Below, piece after piece: positions 28,336-41,595 of a DNA stretch of 64,000 nt (position 1 is the first letter of the stretch; each line of letters opens with the position of its first letter). The stretch is from Felis catus (lineage: Eukaryota): assembly GCF_018350175.1 (NCBI RefSeq), contig NC_058368.1, forward strand, positions 129,086,001 to 129,150,000. The letters run 5' to 3'. The position numbers and the translations under genes were made by a program. The notes under the pieces were generated by a model. It ran no database searches and was not told the origin of the DNA. It was given only the letters and a program-made list of their open reading frames with translations.

Positions 28336-30920
28336 GTGCTTCGTGCTTCTTCTCATGGTTATTTTCCAAATGCCAAATTTCTCCAGCAGTACAGGATATA
28401 ACAATGTGTGAAGATGAAGTTCTGTATTTCAGTTTTTCCCTAAGGTTGGATTAAGTCAGATGTTTGTCACCATTGAATGTTTATTATTAATAAATAGGGT
28501 AACATGATCTTAACATATTCTGCATCTCCAATTTTAGGAATTTTTTTACAGTAATTCTTCCTCACCATCATATTTTCATTGTGGCAAATTTCACCTGGCT
28601 CGACTTCTGGATTTTTCTCACCTGGTAATAAGAATTTGAGTTCAGCCAACTTTTAATTTTGTGTTCCTGTAGAAGACTGTGGAACCCTGGGCATTGAAAA
28701 TGAAAAAAGGAGACAGAGTGTACAGTAGCTACAAGTTTCAGCAGGGAGGCTGAGGAAGGGGATGCTAAAGGAAGAATAAGCCCACACTTCAGTGCTGCAT
28801 TCTCTGTCCATCCATTGGCACGAAGTTACCATGGGCAGAGAAAATGTTACATGACCCTGTAGGGATGGGGACGAGTTTGAGAAATGCCTCTTCCATGCCA
28901 GTAGATAAGGACAAAATTGCCCAAAGCATCTCTGACCTCTAAGTGTCCCTGTGGGCCCCAGTTGGCCTTGGGAAGCTGGAGAGAACAATGCTTGCCAGAA
29001 AACAAAACACATTTAAAAGCCTATTGTGGAAACTGAGGGAGAAAGACAGACTAAAAGATGTTTCCTGCTAAAATCACACAGCGAGTGGAAATTAATTTAC
29101 AGGAACCCATTATTACTAGCTTAAGCATTTAATGTCCGTGATATTTTATTGATGTAATATGTTCTCTTAATTGTTTTATTTTATTAAATATAAAAATATG
29201 TGTATGGATATTCACAGGATTGCTTGCAGTCTGAGCCTTCCAATCCTGTCTTAACTTTTGAGTCTCCTCAACGTGTTTCTCTAGCATTGAAGTCTTCTAC
29301 ACAGGGGTTTGCAGGGACTGCACCTTTTGGAGCTGAGTGAACTCTGCACTTTTCAAACACTTTATATATTATCTTAAGTCTCAATAGCCCTCCAAGGTAG
29401 ATGGGATTTATTATCCCTATTGTTTAAATAGGGAGCTGCCACTTCAGAGACAGTAAATGGTCTTGCCTGTAGCATATCGTGTCCTTTCCGGATCAGAGCT
29501 TGTTGATGAAACATTCCTTCTAGTTGGAAATGTAAAACAACGGATATGTGAGATGGGGCAAAATGGTAGTGATTTGTACAACTGAATGTTTGATGGAAAA
29601 GACAGGCTTTCCTGAATTCATTAATTCTTGTTACCTACATTTTCTGGGAGTATGGGTGCTTATCCGCTGGCACTATTATTGGATTGTTGAAGTAACCATA
29701 AAGGCCTTTGTGATGATTTATCTTCTGCCTCCTTGTGAGTCTGCCCACATTTGCTGGCGATTTGGTCAGATAGGGGATATCAACAAGCTTAGAATGCTTT
29801 TTTTTTCCTCTTCCCAGGGGAGTTGCCTTCCTGGTTTTGGTTTACTTTGGCTTGTACATTGTAGTGCGTCTTTTTGGTGAAGTGCATCTTTTGGGTATAG
29901 ATGAGGTGGTATCGTGGAAAGAAGAGTAAAAGCATGCTGGTGGGAAAAAGCTAGACTAGAGCCGAACTGTGCTGTGGATAATTCAGAAACTGAATGATGT
30001 ACACACCAGTGATTTGATAATTGCCTTTATATACTTTGAGGTATTGAAGCTAGAAAAGCAATTTAAAGGTATTGAATTTGTTTTCATTGTAATTCATTGC
30101 AAACAATTAAGCATCCTTTGTGAAAGAACCAGTAATACCTTTATAGATGTCAAGTCCTCTGATAGGTGCTGGAAATGCTAAGTTCTCACTGAGTTCTGTG
30201 TTGTATTTTTGGTTGAGTCCTTAAAAGGGTTAATATTTCTGAGGGACAACAGAATGAAGTGTTTAATTATCAAAGAGCTTTATTTTTAAAACTACAGATG
30301 TTTCGGGCATGTGTTTGAGGGGAAGGAGATAAATGCCCAAAGTAGAACTCTGAATTAATAAAATTTGGAGAATGACTTACTCAATTTGGTTAATTTGGTT
30401 ATTAAGTCTAATTACAGCTTTTGTAGTGGTGACTGTTAAGATAAAAGACCATATCTATTATAGCTCAGAACTTGAATCGAACATTAAGAACATCCTTTCA
30501 GGATCAAACCTCTTTTTGGGGAGGTGAGCAATTAAAGAATGTTATAGGCAAATTAATAAAGGCTTGGCTTTAAAAAATTTTTCTCATTCTGCAAAATGGA
30601 AATTTTCTAATTAGAGAAATGTAAGCACAAAAATCTAGATTGGATTTTTTTCCTCAAATCATAGAAATTGTTGCGTAAGGTTTCAAGAATATTTAGGATT
30701 TTGCTTTTAAGGACCATAATCTATTTGAGTTTTATTTTTCTTTAAAGTGGGAATTGAATATTAGAGTTATAAGTTAATGAGAAAATGTTTTTAAAGCCCC
30801 ATATATGGTGCCTGTAGCACATAGTAGACATCCAAGAAATGGCGAGGATCAATGATAGTGATTATTTAATTAAAGTTATCTTTGGTATTCTCCTATTTCT
30901 TAGAAAGAACTCTTAAAAAA

Positions 30921-31071
30921 TTTCTTTTATTAGAGAGAGTAAGAGAGAATATCTTAAGCAGGCTCCATGCTCAGCACAGAACCTGACACAGGGCTCAATC
31001 CCATGACCCTGGGATCATGACTGAGCTGAAATCAAGAGTCAGGACACCCAACTGAGCCACCCAGGTGCCCC
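30921..31071 (-). mobile_element. Can-SINE (older subfamily)
   Basis: gcaggctccatgctcagcacag...ctgagccacccaggtgcccc. Confidence 0.87.
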
Positions 31072-31090
31072 AAAAGAACATTAAAATCAA

Positions 31091-31208
31091 TTTTTTTAAT
31101 TAAAGGTTTTATTTTTAAGTAATCTCTACACCCGATATGGGGTTCGAACCTAAGACCCCGAGATCAAGAGTTGCATGCTCTACCAAGTGAGCCAGCCAAG
31201 GGCACCTC
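31091..31208 (-). mobile_element. Short Can-SINE
   Basis: ttttaagtaatctctacaccc...gagatcaagagttgcatgctctacc...gagccagcc. Confidence 0.82.
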
Positions 31209-32181
31209 AAAAGGACATTTTTAAACAAAGTAGTGTTATGATATCAAAATCATGTTATCTTCTCATAGACTCTGATTTCTCCGTAGGTGAAGGTGAAACT
31301 CGCTGTTCTACTGTCACATTATCAACTCACTCCTTCATAAGCAAGTCAGTCAGGCCTTCAGCACTATATGTATTGGTTAATGTTTTTCTAATATTGAGTT
31401 ATTTCGAAAGAACTATTGCTTGATAATAAATTTGGTTATTCTGTTTTTAAAACCTTGTGTTATGTTTATGTGGAAACAATGGGTTTGGGTTAACATATAT
31501 CTTAGGGTATATAATTTCTGCATTTAATTTAAAGTTAGCTCTAGCCCAGCTTTTAGTTGGCTTGGGGGTGCATGTTTCATGCTGATTTTCAGAATAAATT
31601 ACAGTTTACAAGTTATGGACTGAAATACAGAATTCTGAACTATAGTGAACACATTAAAGACAAAGCACTAATTTTAGAAAAACATTTACATCACATTATT
31701 TGTCAACATTAATTTACTTAGTTGCCCTTTTACACACAACCTTGTTAATACACTAACAACCTGATAATGAAACTATACTAGTCATGGCGCATCTTTCAGG
31801 GCAACTTCTTGATTTTAGTTTTGTCTAATGTCTATTTAAGATTAGGAGAATTATAAGATAAAAACATCTTGGAAGAAAACATTAGAAGATTCTTAATTTT
31901 TAAGCATTACCCGTTGAATATTGATTTTATTTTTTTCTAAAGGTCATTTGATGATTTGGAAATTTTTTTAGTTCATTGTACCCTAATAAATATTAATGGA
32001 AATTTTTGATCCAGTATATAGCTTTTATTTAATTACTTAAATGTAACTTTTTTTGTGTTGCTAGGGTCCACAGCCTAAAACCTGGTAAAGTTGTATCTCA
32101 TTTTCCAGTGGAGTTCATTGGAAAAGGCTGCAACTTAACAGGTTCTTTAGATACCGTTTTGATTTGTCCCTTGCTTTGTGA

Positions 32182-32225
32182 CATGTTTCATTTGAAGCTG
32201 GGTGGCCATGTTTCATTTGAAGCTG
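32182..32225 (+). repeat. 19-bp direct repeat, 2 copies, 6-nt spacer
   Basis: catgtttcatttgaagctg at 32182-32200 and 32207-32225. Confidence 0.93.
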
Positions 32226-34232
32226 ATTGTCCTGTTTCCCTTTCTGGGAAAGGCATAGAATTAATAAGGTAGTGATTTTTGCAATGTCCATTGGCTCATT
32301 AGAGGATTCCTGCTTAGAGTGCCCTCATACTTAAATCCTTGGAGTACCAGTAGACAGTATTGTTTGGTACAGATATTATGTAGCAGCAGTTTACTTTGTA
32401 GTTTACATGTAGTAAAATTCTTAGTGTAAAATATATACTGCAAGTGCTTACGATAAAAATGCAGACACCTATACTTATGGTCTTGGGTCATCATGGAGAG
32501 TAGGCCTGCCATTGCAGCATCAAGCTGGTGGTTTAGGGATATTTGAAAATGGTATTACAGTGCTGCAGGGTTCAGTAAGCTGGGGTTATTGCAAGATGAT
32601 ACAGTATGTGAGAATGATAGTAGAAAACAAGCATAAGAAAGCTTCCTGGGAACCTTTATAATGACAGGATGATTCACATTAAGGGAGCACTGTGCCTGAC
32701 CATGAGGCAGTAGATTTTGCATAAAGAGCAGTAGACAAAAGAGGAGGATAGGTTCTACTCCAAACTGTATCTGAAAGAGGTTATTCAGGAAAGAAGAGAG
32801 AGAAACATGGGTAAAGAAAGAATCATGTAGTTGGAATCTATGGTTGCAACTGTCCTCAAAGTATTGTTACGAAGTTGGTTAAACCTGAAATGTACAATTT
32901 AGAATGCTGGACTGCAAATGTATTACTTTTAAATAAATGTCTATTACAATTATTAAAAAAAATACATACATCTGAATTTTTTGATGTACAGTTTTGAGTT
33001 TGGACAAATGGCATCTTCTGTAACAATGACCACAGTCAAGATATGAAATGGTTATATTATCTCCAAAAATTCCCTCACACTGTCCCCATGTGTCCTTTCC
33101 ATCATTGACTGTCCCTTTCATCGGTGATTTATTCTCACTTCTTTTAGTTTTACCTTTTCTAATATGTCATATAAATTAAATAGTAAAGAAGGCACACACA
33201 CATGTCTTTTTCATTCTGGCTTCCTTCGTGTAGCATAATGCATTTGAGATGTTATGTGTATGTCAAGGGTTTGTTTCTTATTGCTGAGTAGTAATCGGTT
33301 TATGAATGCACCAGTTTGTTTACCCATTCACCTGTTGAAAGCCATTTAGGTTGCTTCCAACCTGCTGCATTTATGAACAAAGCTGTTGTAAACATTCCTG
33401 TATAAGTTTTTTTATCAACATAAATTTTCAGTTTCCTTGGGCAAATTCCTAGAGGTGGATTACTGGGTTATGAGGTAATTAAATAATATGTTTTACTTCA
33501 TGAGAAACTGCTGAGCTAGTTTCCAGAGTGGCTCTATCATTTTGCACCGTTTGAGCATTCCAGTTGCTCCACACTTTACTAGCACTTGGCATTGTCAAGT
33601 TCTAAATTTCTTTTTTCTGATTTTATTTTAATAGGTGTATAGTGGTATGGTTTTAATTTGTACTTTCCTAATGAGTGATGATGTTGAGCACATTTTCATC
33701 TGCAGTTTGCTATTATATTTTATTTCATCTGCAACATCCCATTATACACATTATATGGTTCTGTAGATCTTGATGAAGTGTCTTTCCAAATTTTTTGTCC
33801 ATTTTTATAGGGTCGTTCACTTTCTTGATGAGTTTTGTGAGGACTTTTACATATTCTGGATGCAAATCCTCTGTCAAATGTATGATCTGCACATATTTTC
33901 TCTCAGTCTGTGACATCTTTTCATTCTCTGAAGAGTATCTTTCGTAGAGGAAAAGGTTTTAATTTTGATGTTTGCTTTCTCAATTTCATCCTTTATGGAT
34001 CTTGCTTTTGATATTGGATCAACTTTATCTTTGTCTCACCCAAGATCATAAGAGTTTTCTCCCCCTCCCCCAAGTGTTATGGTAAGGCTTTATATTTAGG
34101 CCTATGATCTATTTTGAGTTTTTAAAAATTTAATTGAACCAATCCTTTAATGAAGTTTTTGGTATGGATTTAAGTTCACTTTTTTCACAAGAATATCTAA
34201 TAGTTGCACCAGGTGTTGAAAACGTTTATCTT

Positions 34233-34450
34233 GGGGCACCTGGGTGGCTCAGTCGGTTGAGCGTCCGACTTCGCCTCAGGTCACGATCTCGCGGTCCGTG
34301 AGTTCGAGCCCCGCGTCGGGCTCTGGGCTGATGGCTCGGAGCCTGGAGCCTGCTTCCAATTCTGTGTCTCCCTCGCTCTCTGCCCCTCCCCCATTCATGC
34401 TCTGTCTCTCTCTCAAAAATAAATAAACGTTAAAAAAAAAATTTTTTAAA
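34233..34450 (+). mobile_element. Felid Can-SINE nested in L1
   Basis: CpG-rich body; TSD tgaaaac(g/a)tttatctt at 34217-34232 and 34451-34466. Confidence 0.95.
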
Positions 34451-34982
34451 TGAAAACATTTATCTTTTCTCTACTGAATTGACTTTGAACCTCAAATTGA
34501 CCATATTTGTGTAGGTCTGTTTATGAGCTTTTTAATCTGTACCATTGATCTGTGTGTTTTACCAATTGTGCATTGTCTTGATTACTGTAAGTATAGGAAG
34601 TCTCAAAATTAGCTACTATAAGTCTTTCCACTTTGTCCTTTAAAATTGCTTTGGTGATTCAGTATCTGTTCTTGTGTCCATCATGTACACAAACACCTGC
34701 TTGGCTTTTGAGTGGGGTTGTGTTGAGTATATAGATCAGTGTGGGGAGTATTGACATCTTAACATTGTTAAGGTTTCTAATCTATGAACATAGTAAACTT
34801 TCTGCTTTTTAAGATTAACTTATTTTGTCAATATTTTGCTTTTAGCATAGAGACTCTGCACATGTTTTATAAAATTTATAACTAAGTATCTCATGGTTTT
34901 TTGGGTACTAATACAAATGGTAATTTTTTGGTTAAATTTTTAACTGTAATTTTTCAGTTTTAGCATATAGATTTATAGTTGG

Positions 34983-34985
<3 letters not shown>

Positions 34986-35028
<43 letters not shown>
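34986..35028 (+). repeat. (TG)n microsatellite
   Basis: About 21 TG units at the tail of the adjacent SINE. Confidence 0.95.
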
Positions 35029-35031
<3 letters not shown>

Positions 35032-35207
35032 ATTTACAGAGAGAGAGAGCATGAACAGGGGGAGAGGTAGAACAGTAGAGAGAGTCTCAAGCAGTCATCA
35101 TGCTCAGCACAGAGCCCATAGTTGGACTCAGTTCCATGCACTGGGATCATGACCTGAGCCAAAATCTTGAGGCAGACACTCAACTGACTGAGCCACCCAG
35201 GCACCCC
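35029..35207 (-). mobile_element. Can-SINE nested in L1
   Basis: Ends ctcaactgactgagccacccaggcacccc. Confidence 0.87.
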
Positions 35208-36184
35208 AATTTGGGGGGGGGGGGCTGTTTGCTTTTACTTTGAATTTGTGTCATGACCTTTGGTAAACCTACTTATTAGTTCTAGGAGCATTTTTGTAGG
35301 TCACTTGTCTGCAAATAGAAATTGTTTAACTTTTTTCCTTTCGTATCTATGCAGTTAACTTCCTTTTCTCGCTTTTTTGGGTTTGCTGAAATTTCCAGTG
35401 TAATGCTGAACAGGAGATGGAAGAGATACATCTTTGCCTTATTTTGATCTCAGGAAAAATATTCAGTCTTTTGCCATTATGATGTTCGTGTAGCATTTCT
35501 TTCACAGATGCCTTTATCTGATTATCTTCTATTCCTATTTTGTTGAGAGGTTTATTTATTATGAAGGAATGTTGAATTTTGTCAGTTGCTTCTTCTGTTG
35601 GAAAAAATTACTTTATCTACATCTGTTGAAGATGGTCTTTTTTTTCCCCCTTTGTCTGTTAATATAGTGAGTTATGCTGATTGAATTTTAATGTTAAATC
35701 AACCTTGCATTCCTGAGATAAATGATACTTGGTTGTGGTTTATTTTCCTTCTTGTATATTTCTTAATTAGACTTTCTAGTATTTTGTTGAGATGTTTACT
35801 TCTGTGTTCATGAGGGATATTCATCTGTAATTGTATTTACTTATATTTTTGTCTGGTTTTGATATCAGAGTAATGCTGGGCTCTTAAAATGAGTTGGAGA
35901 CCATTCCCTTCTATGTTTTCAGGAAGATATTGTGTAGAATTGGGATTCTTTCTTTAAATATATTTGGTATAATTTGCCAAGGAAACCTCTGAACCTACAT
36001 TATTAGAGACTGAATTGCAGATTTAATTTCTTTAATTTTTTACTGTTCAGGTTGTTACTTGTTGAGTGATGAACTTTGGTAGTTTGCGAGTTTCAGGGAA
36101 TTTTTTTTTTTTTATCTAAGTAGTAGAATTCATAGGCATAAAGTTGTTCATAGAATTCCATTATAAGCCTTTAAAAATTTGTTT

Positions 36185-36405
36185 TATTTTTTACATTTTA
36201 TTTGTTTTTGAGAGAGAGAGAGAGAGAGAGAGGGCACAAGTGGGGGAGGGGCAGAGAGAGAAAGAGAGAGAGACAGAAGCTGAAGCAGGCTCCAGGCTCT
36301 GAGCTGTCAGCACAGGGCCCGACATGGGGCTTGAACTCGAGGAACTCTGAGATCATGACCCAAGTTGAAGTCGGATCCTTAACCTACTGAGCTACCAGGT
36401 GCCCC
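36185..36405 (-). mobile_element. Felid Can-SINE nested in L1
   Basis: (AG)n, gaagcaggctccaggctctgagctgtcagcacag...ccaggtgcccc. Confidence 0.92.
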
Positions 36406-36563
36406 GGATTTTATTAGTTTTTTTTAAAGAAGCAGCTTTTGGTTTCACTGAATTGAGGGGGTGCAGGTTTCAATTTAATTGGTTTCTGATGTTATTTCCT
36501 TCCTTATGCTTGCTGGCTTTTGCGTTCTCATTTTCTTAAGGTGGATATTTAGGTTATTGCTTT

Positions 36564-36730
36564 GGGTGCCTGGGTGGCTCAGTCAGTTGAGCATCAGACT
36601 TTGGCTCAGGTCCTGATCTCCCAGTTCATGGGTTCAGGCCCTGCATCGGGCTCTGTGCTGATAGCTCAAAGCCTGGAACCTGCTTCTGATTGTGTGTCTC
36701 CCTCTCTCTCTGCCCCTTCCCTGCTTGTGC

Positions 36731-36780
<50 letters not shown>

Positions 36781-36796
36781 ATAAACAGAAACAAAA
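36564..36796 (+). mobile_element. Felid Can-SINE nested in L1
   Basis: gggtgcctgggtggctcagt head, long (CT)n; imperfect TSD tttag(gt/at)(t/g)attgcttt. Confidence 0.92.
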
Positions 36797-39100
36797 TTTT
36801 AGATGATTGCTTTGAATCCTTTCTTTTTTCCAGGATAAGTATTTAACCCTGTAAATTTCCCTGTAAACTGTTTTCAGGTATACATCACAAATTTTGATAC
36901 ATTTTATTTGTATTTTCATTCATTACAGAATATTTTTTGAGTTTTCTTGTGACTTCCTCCTTTACTCTTGAGTTATTTATAAGTGTTATTTAGTTCCCAG
37001 ATATTTGGGAATTTTCCAAATATCTTCCTGTTACTGATTTCTAGTTTAATTCTTTTACATCAGAGCGTATACTTCGTATGATTTCACTTCTTTCAAATTT
37101 GTCAAAGTTTGTTTTATGGCATAGAATATGGACTGTCTTGGTGAATGTTCTTTGTGCATTTAAAAAAAGTAATGTTTTGTTTTTCCTATTAATGGTAGGT
37201 AGAGTGGGCTATAAATGTCAGTGAGGTTAAATTGGTTGATAGAGTTGGTATTCTTCATCCTTATTTTCTGTCTGCTTGTCTTATTAGTTATTGAAAAAGG
37301 AGTGTTAAACCCTCTAAATATAGTTGTGACTTTGTCTATTTCTCCTTTAAGCTCTGTTGGTTTTTGCTTCATGTATTTTGAAGTCTTCATGTTGGGTTTA
37401 GCTTACTCATTTAGGATTCTCATTGTTTTTGGAGAACTGACCCTTTTATTCTACATCTCACTTTATCCTTGATGTAACTATTCCTTGTTGTGAAGTCTAC
37501 TTTGTCTGATATTAATATGGCCCCTTAAGCTTTATTTTGAAAGTTTTATGCAGTATATCTTTTTCCATTTAATCTATGTCATTCTATTTAAAGTATCTTT
37601 CTTGTACATAGCGTAGAGTTGGGTCTTTTTAATCTGAATTTACCATCTCTTTTAATTTGTATGTTTAGACCATTTATATTTAATGTAACTATTGATGTAG
37701 TTGAATTTAAGTCTCTTTATCCTTTTTGTTTTTATTCTTTGTTCCTTCTGCTTTTTCCTGTCCTCCTTGGATTGTTCCAACCTTTTTAAGTATTTCATTT
37801 AATGTATTGTCTTTTTTGTTTTTATCTCTTAGTATATTTTTTATGGTTTTGGTGTTAAACATACCTAGCCTTAAACAGTCTATTTTGAGTTAACATTTTG
37901 CCACTCTAAGTAGAATGTAGAGTCTAACAACCTTATAGGTTTCTTTACTCTCCATTCTTTATTTTATAGTTTTCTAAATGGGTATGACACAAGACAATAT
38001 TCAGATTTCTTCTTTCAGTAGTCATACTTATTTTAAAGAACTTAAAAGGACAAGAGCAGTTTGTTATATTTAGTCAGATATTTATTATTCTTAATTGCTC
38101 TTTGTTCTTAAAGCCTCAGTTTCCCTCTAGTATTAATTTCTTTAGCCTGAAGAACTTTCTTTAGCAGTTCTTCTAGAACAGATCTTTTGGCAACAAATAC
38201 TTTAGTTTTCTCTGATGTGAGAAAATCTTTATTTCACCATCATTCCTGAGCAGTATTTTTGCTGGATATAGAATTCTAGGTTGACACTTTAGTTTCTTTG
38301 AACACTTTGAAGGTATTGTTTCACTGTCCTCTAACTTCTATGATTTTTGATGAGAAGTATCTAATTATTTGAGTGATTCTTCTCTGTATGGTTTTTTATT
38401 ATTCTTTACTTTCAAGTTTTTTTCTTTATCTTTGGTTTTCATTGATTTGATTGTGGTACGTTTGGGCATGGCTTTCTTTGAGCTTACCCTTTTCCTGGTT
38501 AGTTGAGCTTCTTCGTTCTGTAAATTCATATATTTTCACAAATTGGGAAGTTTTTAGTCATTATTTCTTCCACAGTTTTCTGTATCTATGTCTCATCTTC
38601 TGGGACTCCAGTAATACAAATATTACACATTTTGATGTTTTCCCACTTGTCTTTAAGGTTTGGTTAATTTTCTTCTGATTTTCTCTGTTCTTCAGATGAG
38701 ATCATTTCTATTTTCACATTCACTAACTTTTCCCACTGCCATATCCATCCTGCCACTGATCCTATCTAGTGAATTTTTTATTTCAGGTATATTTTTTTTC
38801 AGTTCTAAAATTCCCATTTAGTTCTTTTTTATAGTTTGTCTTTTACTCATTTAATAGTGTTTACCTTCTCATGGAGCATAGTTATATAGTTACTGTAAAG
38901 TCTCTGATCATTCTCACATAAGGTTTATCTTGGTTGGCACTGTTGATTGTTTTTTCCCTTGAGAATTGATCACATTTCCCTGTTTCTTTGTAAGCCAAAT
39001 AATTTTGGATCCTGGATGTTTTGAATATTGTGTTGTGAAAATCTGAGTCTTCTTAAAATCCTCTGGAGAATTTGTTTTTGTTTTTGTTTTGTTTTTGTTT

Positions 39101-39318
39101 TTTAATTTTTTTTTTCAACGTTTATTCATTTTTGGGACAGAGAGAGACAGAGCATGAACGGGGGAGGGGCAGAGAGAGAGGGAGACACAGAATCGGAAAC
39201 AGGCTCCAGGCTCCGAGCCATCAGCCCAGAGCCCGACGCGGGGCTCGAACTCACGGACCGCGAGATCGTGACCTGGCTGAAGTCGGACGCTTAACCGACT
39301 ACACCACCCAGGCGCCCC
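39101..39318 (-). mobile_element. Young felid Can-SINE (SINEC_Fc-like)
   Basis: Nearly all CpGs intact (cccgacgcggggctcgaactcacggaccgcgagatcg); flanked by ttgtttttgtttttt. Confidence 0.95.
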
Positions 39319-39957
39319 TTGTTTTTGTTTTTTAAAGCATACAGTCAACAATCAGGGTAGATTCAGACCATAAGTTTTGTTTTACCTTCTTTGGATGACA
39401 TTATCAGTAAAGTTTTCAAAGCCTTGTCTCTGTTGCTTGCGGTCTGCCCAGTACATAGGACATGGGCCTGTTGGTATATAGTTTTTAAGGGTCTCCCTCT
39501 TCAGCTCCTGATTGTGAGGAGGGTCCCCTTTTCCCAGTTCTCTCACCAACTAGATGATATTTTCCTTTTTTGTTGTATGTGCCCTCTACAAAGTTCCCAA
39601 AATGGGACTAATTTTCTGCCAACCCAGGAGACAAAAGAGGGGGAAAAAAGTAACATGAAATCAGCCTCACATGGCTTATTTCTTAAAGTTTTATTTCTCC
39701 AATCTACTTGTTTATTTACTTTTTAGAGCCCTCAAGGTGCTGCTTTTTGTACTTTTGGAGAGAGATAAGCAATAGTGAGTTTATTCCATTTTAACTGATC
39801 ACATTTTGTTTTTAATTGGCATTTAAAAATATAGAAATGTAATTTTTAAATACTTGTGGCTTAAATAATCAGTTGTGGCAATTTTAATTTTCTGTTGGTA
39901 AAATTGTTTGATATTTAAAATATCAGATTCTATAATTGAAGAAGCTTGCTAATTTTA

Positions 39958-40387
39958 TTAAGTTTTTAATTTTAATTCCAATATAGTTAACATACACTGT
40001 TATGTTAGTTTCAGGTGTACAGTGTAGTGATTCACCAGTTCTGTACATTACTCAGTGCTCATCATAAGTGTACTCTCCAGTCCCCATCACCTGTTTCACC
40101 CATATCTCCATCCACCTTCTCTCTGGTAACCATCAGTTTGTTCTTTATAGTTAAGAGTCTTATTTCTTGGTTTCTCTCTTTCTCCCTCCCTCCCTCCCTC
40201 CCTTCCTTCCTTCCCCTGCTTTTGTTCATTTGTTTTGTTTCTTAAATTTCACATAGGAGTGAAATCATACAATATTTGTGTTTCTCTGACTGATTTATTT
40301 CACTTAGCATTTATATTCTCCATCTCCATATATGTTGCTGCAAATGGCAAGATTTCATTGTTTTTTTATGGGTGAATAATATTCCTC

Positions 40388-40433
<46 letters not shown>

Positions 40434-40479
40434 CACATCACATCTTTATCCATTTATCTGTTGGTTTACATTTGGGAAT
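39958..40479 (-). mobile_element. 5'-truncated carnivore L1 3' end containing (GT)n at 40389-40430
   Basis: ttagtttcaggtgtacagtgtagtgattc...gttgctgcaaatggcaagatttcatt; TSD cttg(c/t)taattttat. Confidence 0.85.
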
Positions 40480-40608
40480 CTTGTTAATTTTATATGTGAA
40501 AGAATGTAAAACATCTCTTTTGGACAAACAAAACACAGTGGTTGTTTCTACCTTTATTTACTTGGCTAACACAGTTGATTAAAATACACATAGATACACA
40601 TACCTTTC

Positions 40609-40846
40609 TTTTTTTTTTAAATGTTTATTTTTTAGAGAGAGAGAGAGACAGAGAGACAGACAGACAGACAGACAACATCAGCAGGGGAGGGGCAGAGAGA
40701 GAGGGAGACCCAGAATCCGAAGTAGGCTCCAGGCTCTGAGCTGTCCGCACAGAGCCTGAGCAGGGCTCAAACCCATGGACCAGACTGCGAGACCATGACC
40801 TGATCTGAAGTTGGATGCTCAACCGACTGAGCCACCCAGGTGCCCC
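40609..40846 (-). mobile_element. Felid Can-SINE
   Basis: (AG)/(AGAC)n tract, ggctccaggctctgagctgtc...ccaggtgcccc. Confidence 0.92.
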
Positions 40847-41024
40847 ACACATGTACCTTTAAAAGAAAAAGTATTGTGAATGAGTTTGAAGTACTAGAAT
40901 CTGTCTTGTTTTGAAATCAGTAAAGTAAAACTTGTAGTTTTAGAACTTCTGAAGTATTTGTTTGAATTAGCTACCTAATTAGCTATTCAAGTTATGAGTT
41001 ATGCATTCTAAACTCATTATGGCA

Positions 41025-41240
41025 GGGTGCCTGGGTGGCTCAATAGGTTAAGCATCTGACTCTTGATTTTGGCTCACAGTTTGTTAGATTGAGCCCTGCA
41101 TCAGGCTCTAGGCTAAGAGCATAGAGCTCTTAGCCTAGAGTCTGCTTGGGATTCTCTCTCTCCCTCTCTCTCGGTGCCTCTCCTGTTCATGTGTGCTCTC
41201 TCTCAAAAATAAATAAACTTAAATCATTTGAAAAAATAAA
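41025..41240 (+). mobile_element. Can-SINE carrying an internal inverted duplication
   Basis: gggtgcctgggtggctcaat head, (CT)n, aaataaataaa; TSD tcattatgg. Confidence 0.9.
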
Positions 41241-41353
41241 TTCATTATGGTTTTTCCTTTGAAAAACAAGTGAAATTTTGATTAATGTTTAATGATTTCA
41301 TTCACATAAAGACATAAATTTAGTGATTTCATTTATAATAAGATTAGTTTTTG

Positions 41354-41574
41354 TTTTTTTTTTTAATTTTTTTTTCAACGTTTATTTTTGGGACAGAGAG
41401 AGACAGAGCATGAACAGGGGAGGGGCAGAGAGAGAGGGAGACACAGAATCGGAAACAGGCTCCAGGCTCTGAGCCATCAGCCCAGAGCCTGACGCGGGGC
41501 TCGAACTCACGGACCGCGAGATCGTGACCTGGCTGAAGTCGGATGCTCAACCGACTGCGCCACCCAGGTGCCCC
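41354..41574 (-). mobile_element. Young felid Can-SINE (SINEC_Fc-like)
   Basis: Very similar to the 39101-39318 copy; 20-bp TSD tataataagattagtttttg at 41334-41353 and 41576-41595. Confidence 0.95.
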
Positions 41575-41595
41575 ATATAATAAGATTAGTTTTTG

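Larger units (their letters stand above)
32970..39800 (-). mobile_element. Ancient near-full-length decayed LINE-1 (L1M-type), antisense, with nested SINEs
   Basis: 3' UTR-like sequence at ~32970-33500. ORF2 endonuclease remnant on - strand at 37160-37390 (SKYMKQKPTELKGEIDKVTTIFRGFNTPFS). ORF1/5'-like sequence to ~39800. Many stops and frameshifts. Confidence 0.85.

Noticed and set aside
32182..32225. Repeat-spacer-repeat pattern considered as CRISPR-like
   Set aside because: Only two copies, a 6-nt spacer, a mammalian intron and no cas genes.
37160..37390. ORF resembling an endonuclease domain
   Set aside because: A short remnant of L1 ORF2 inside a decayed element, not a functional gene.
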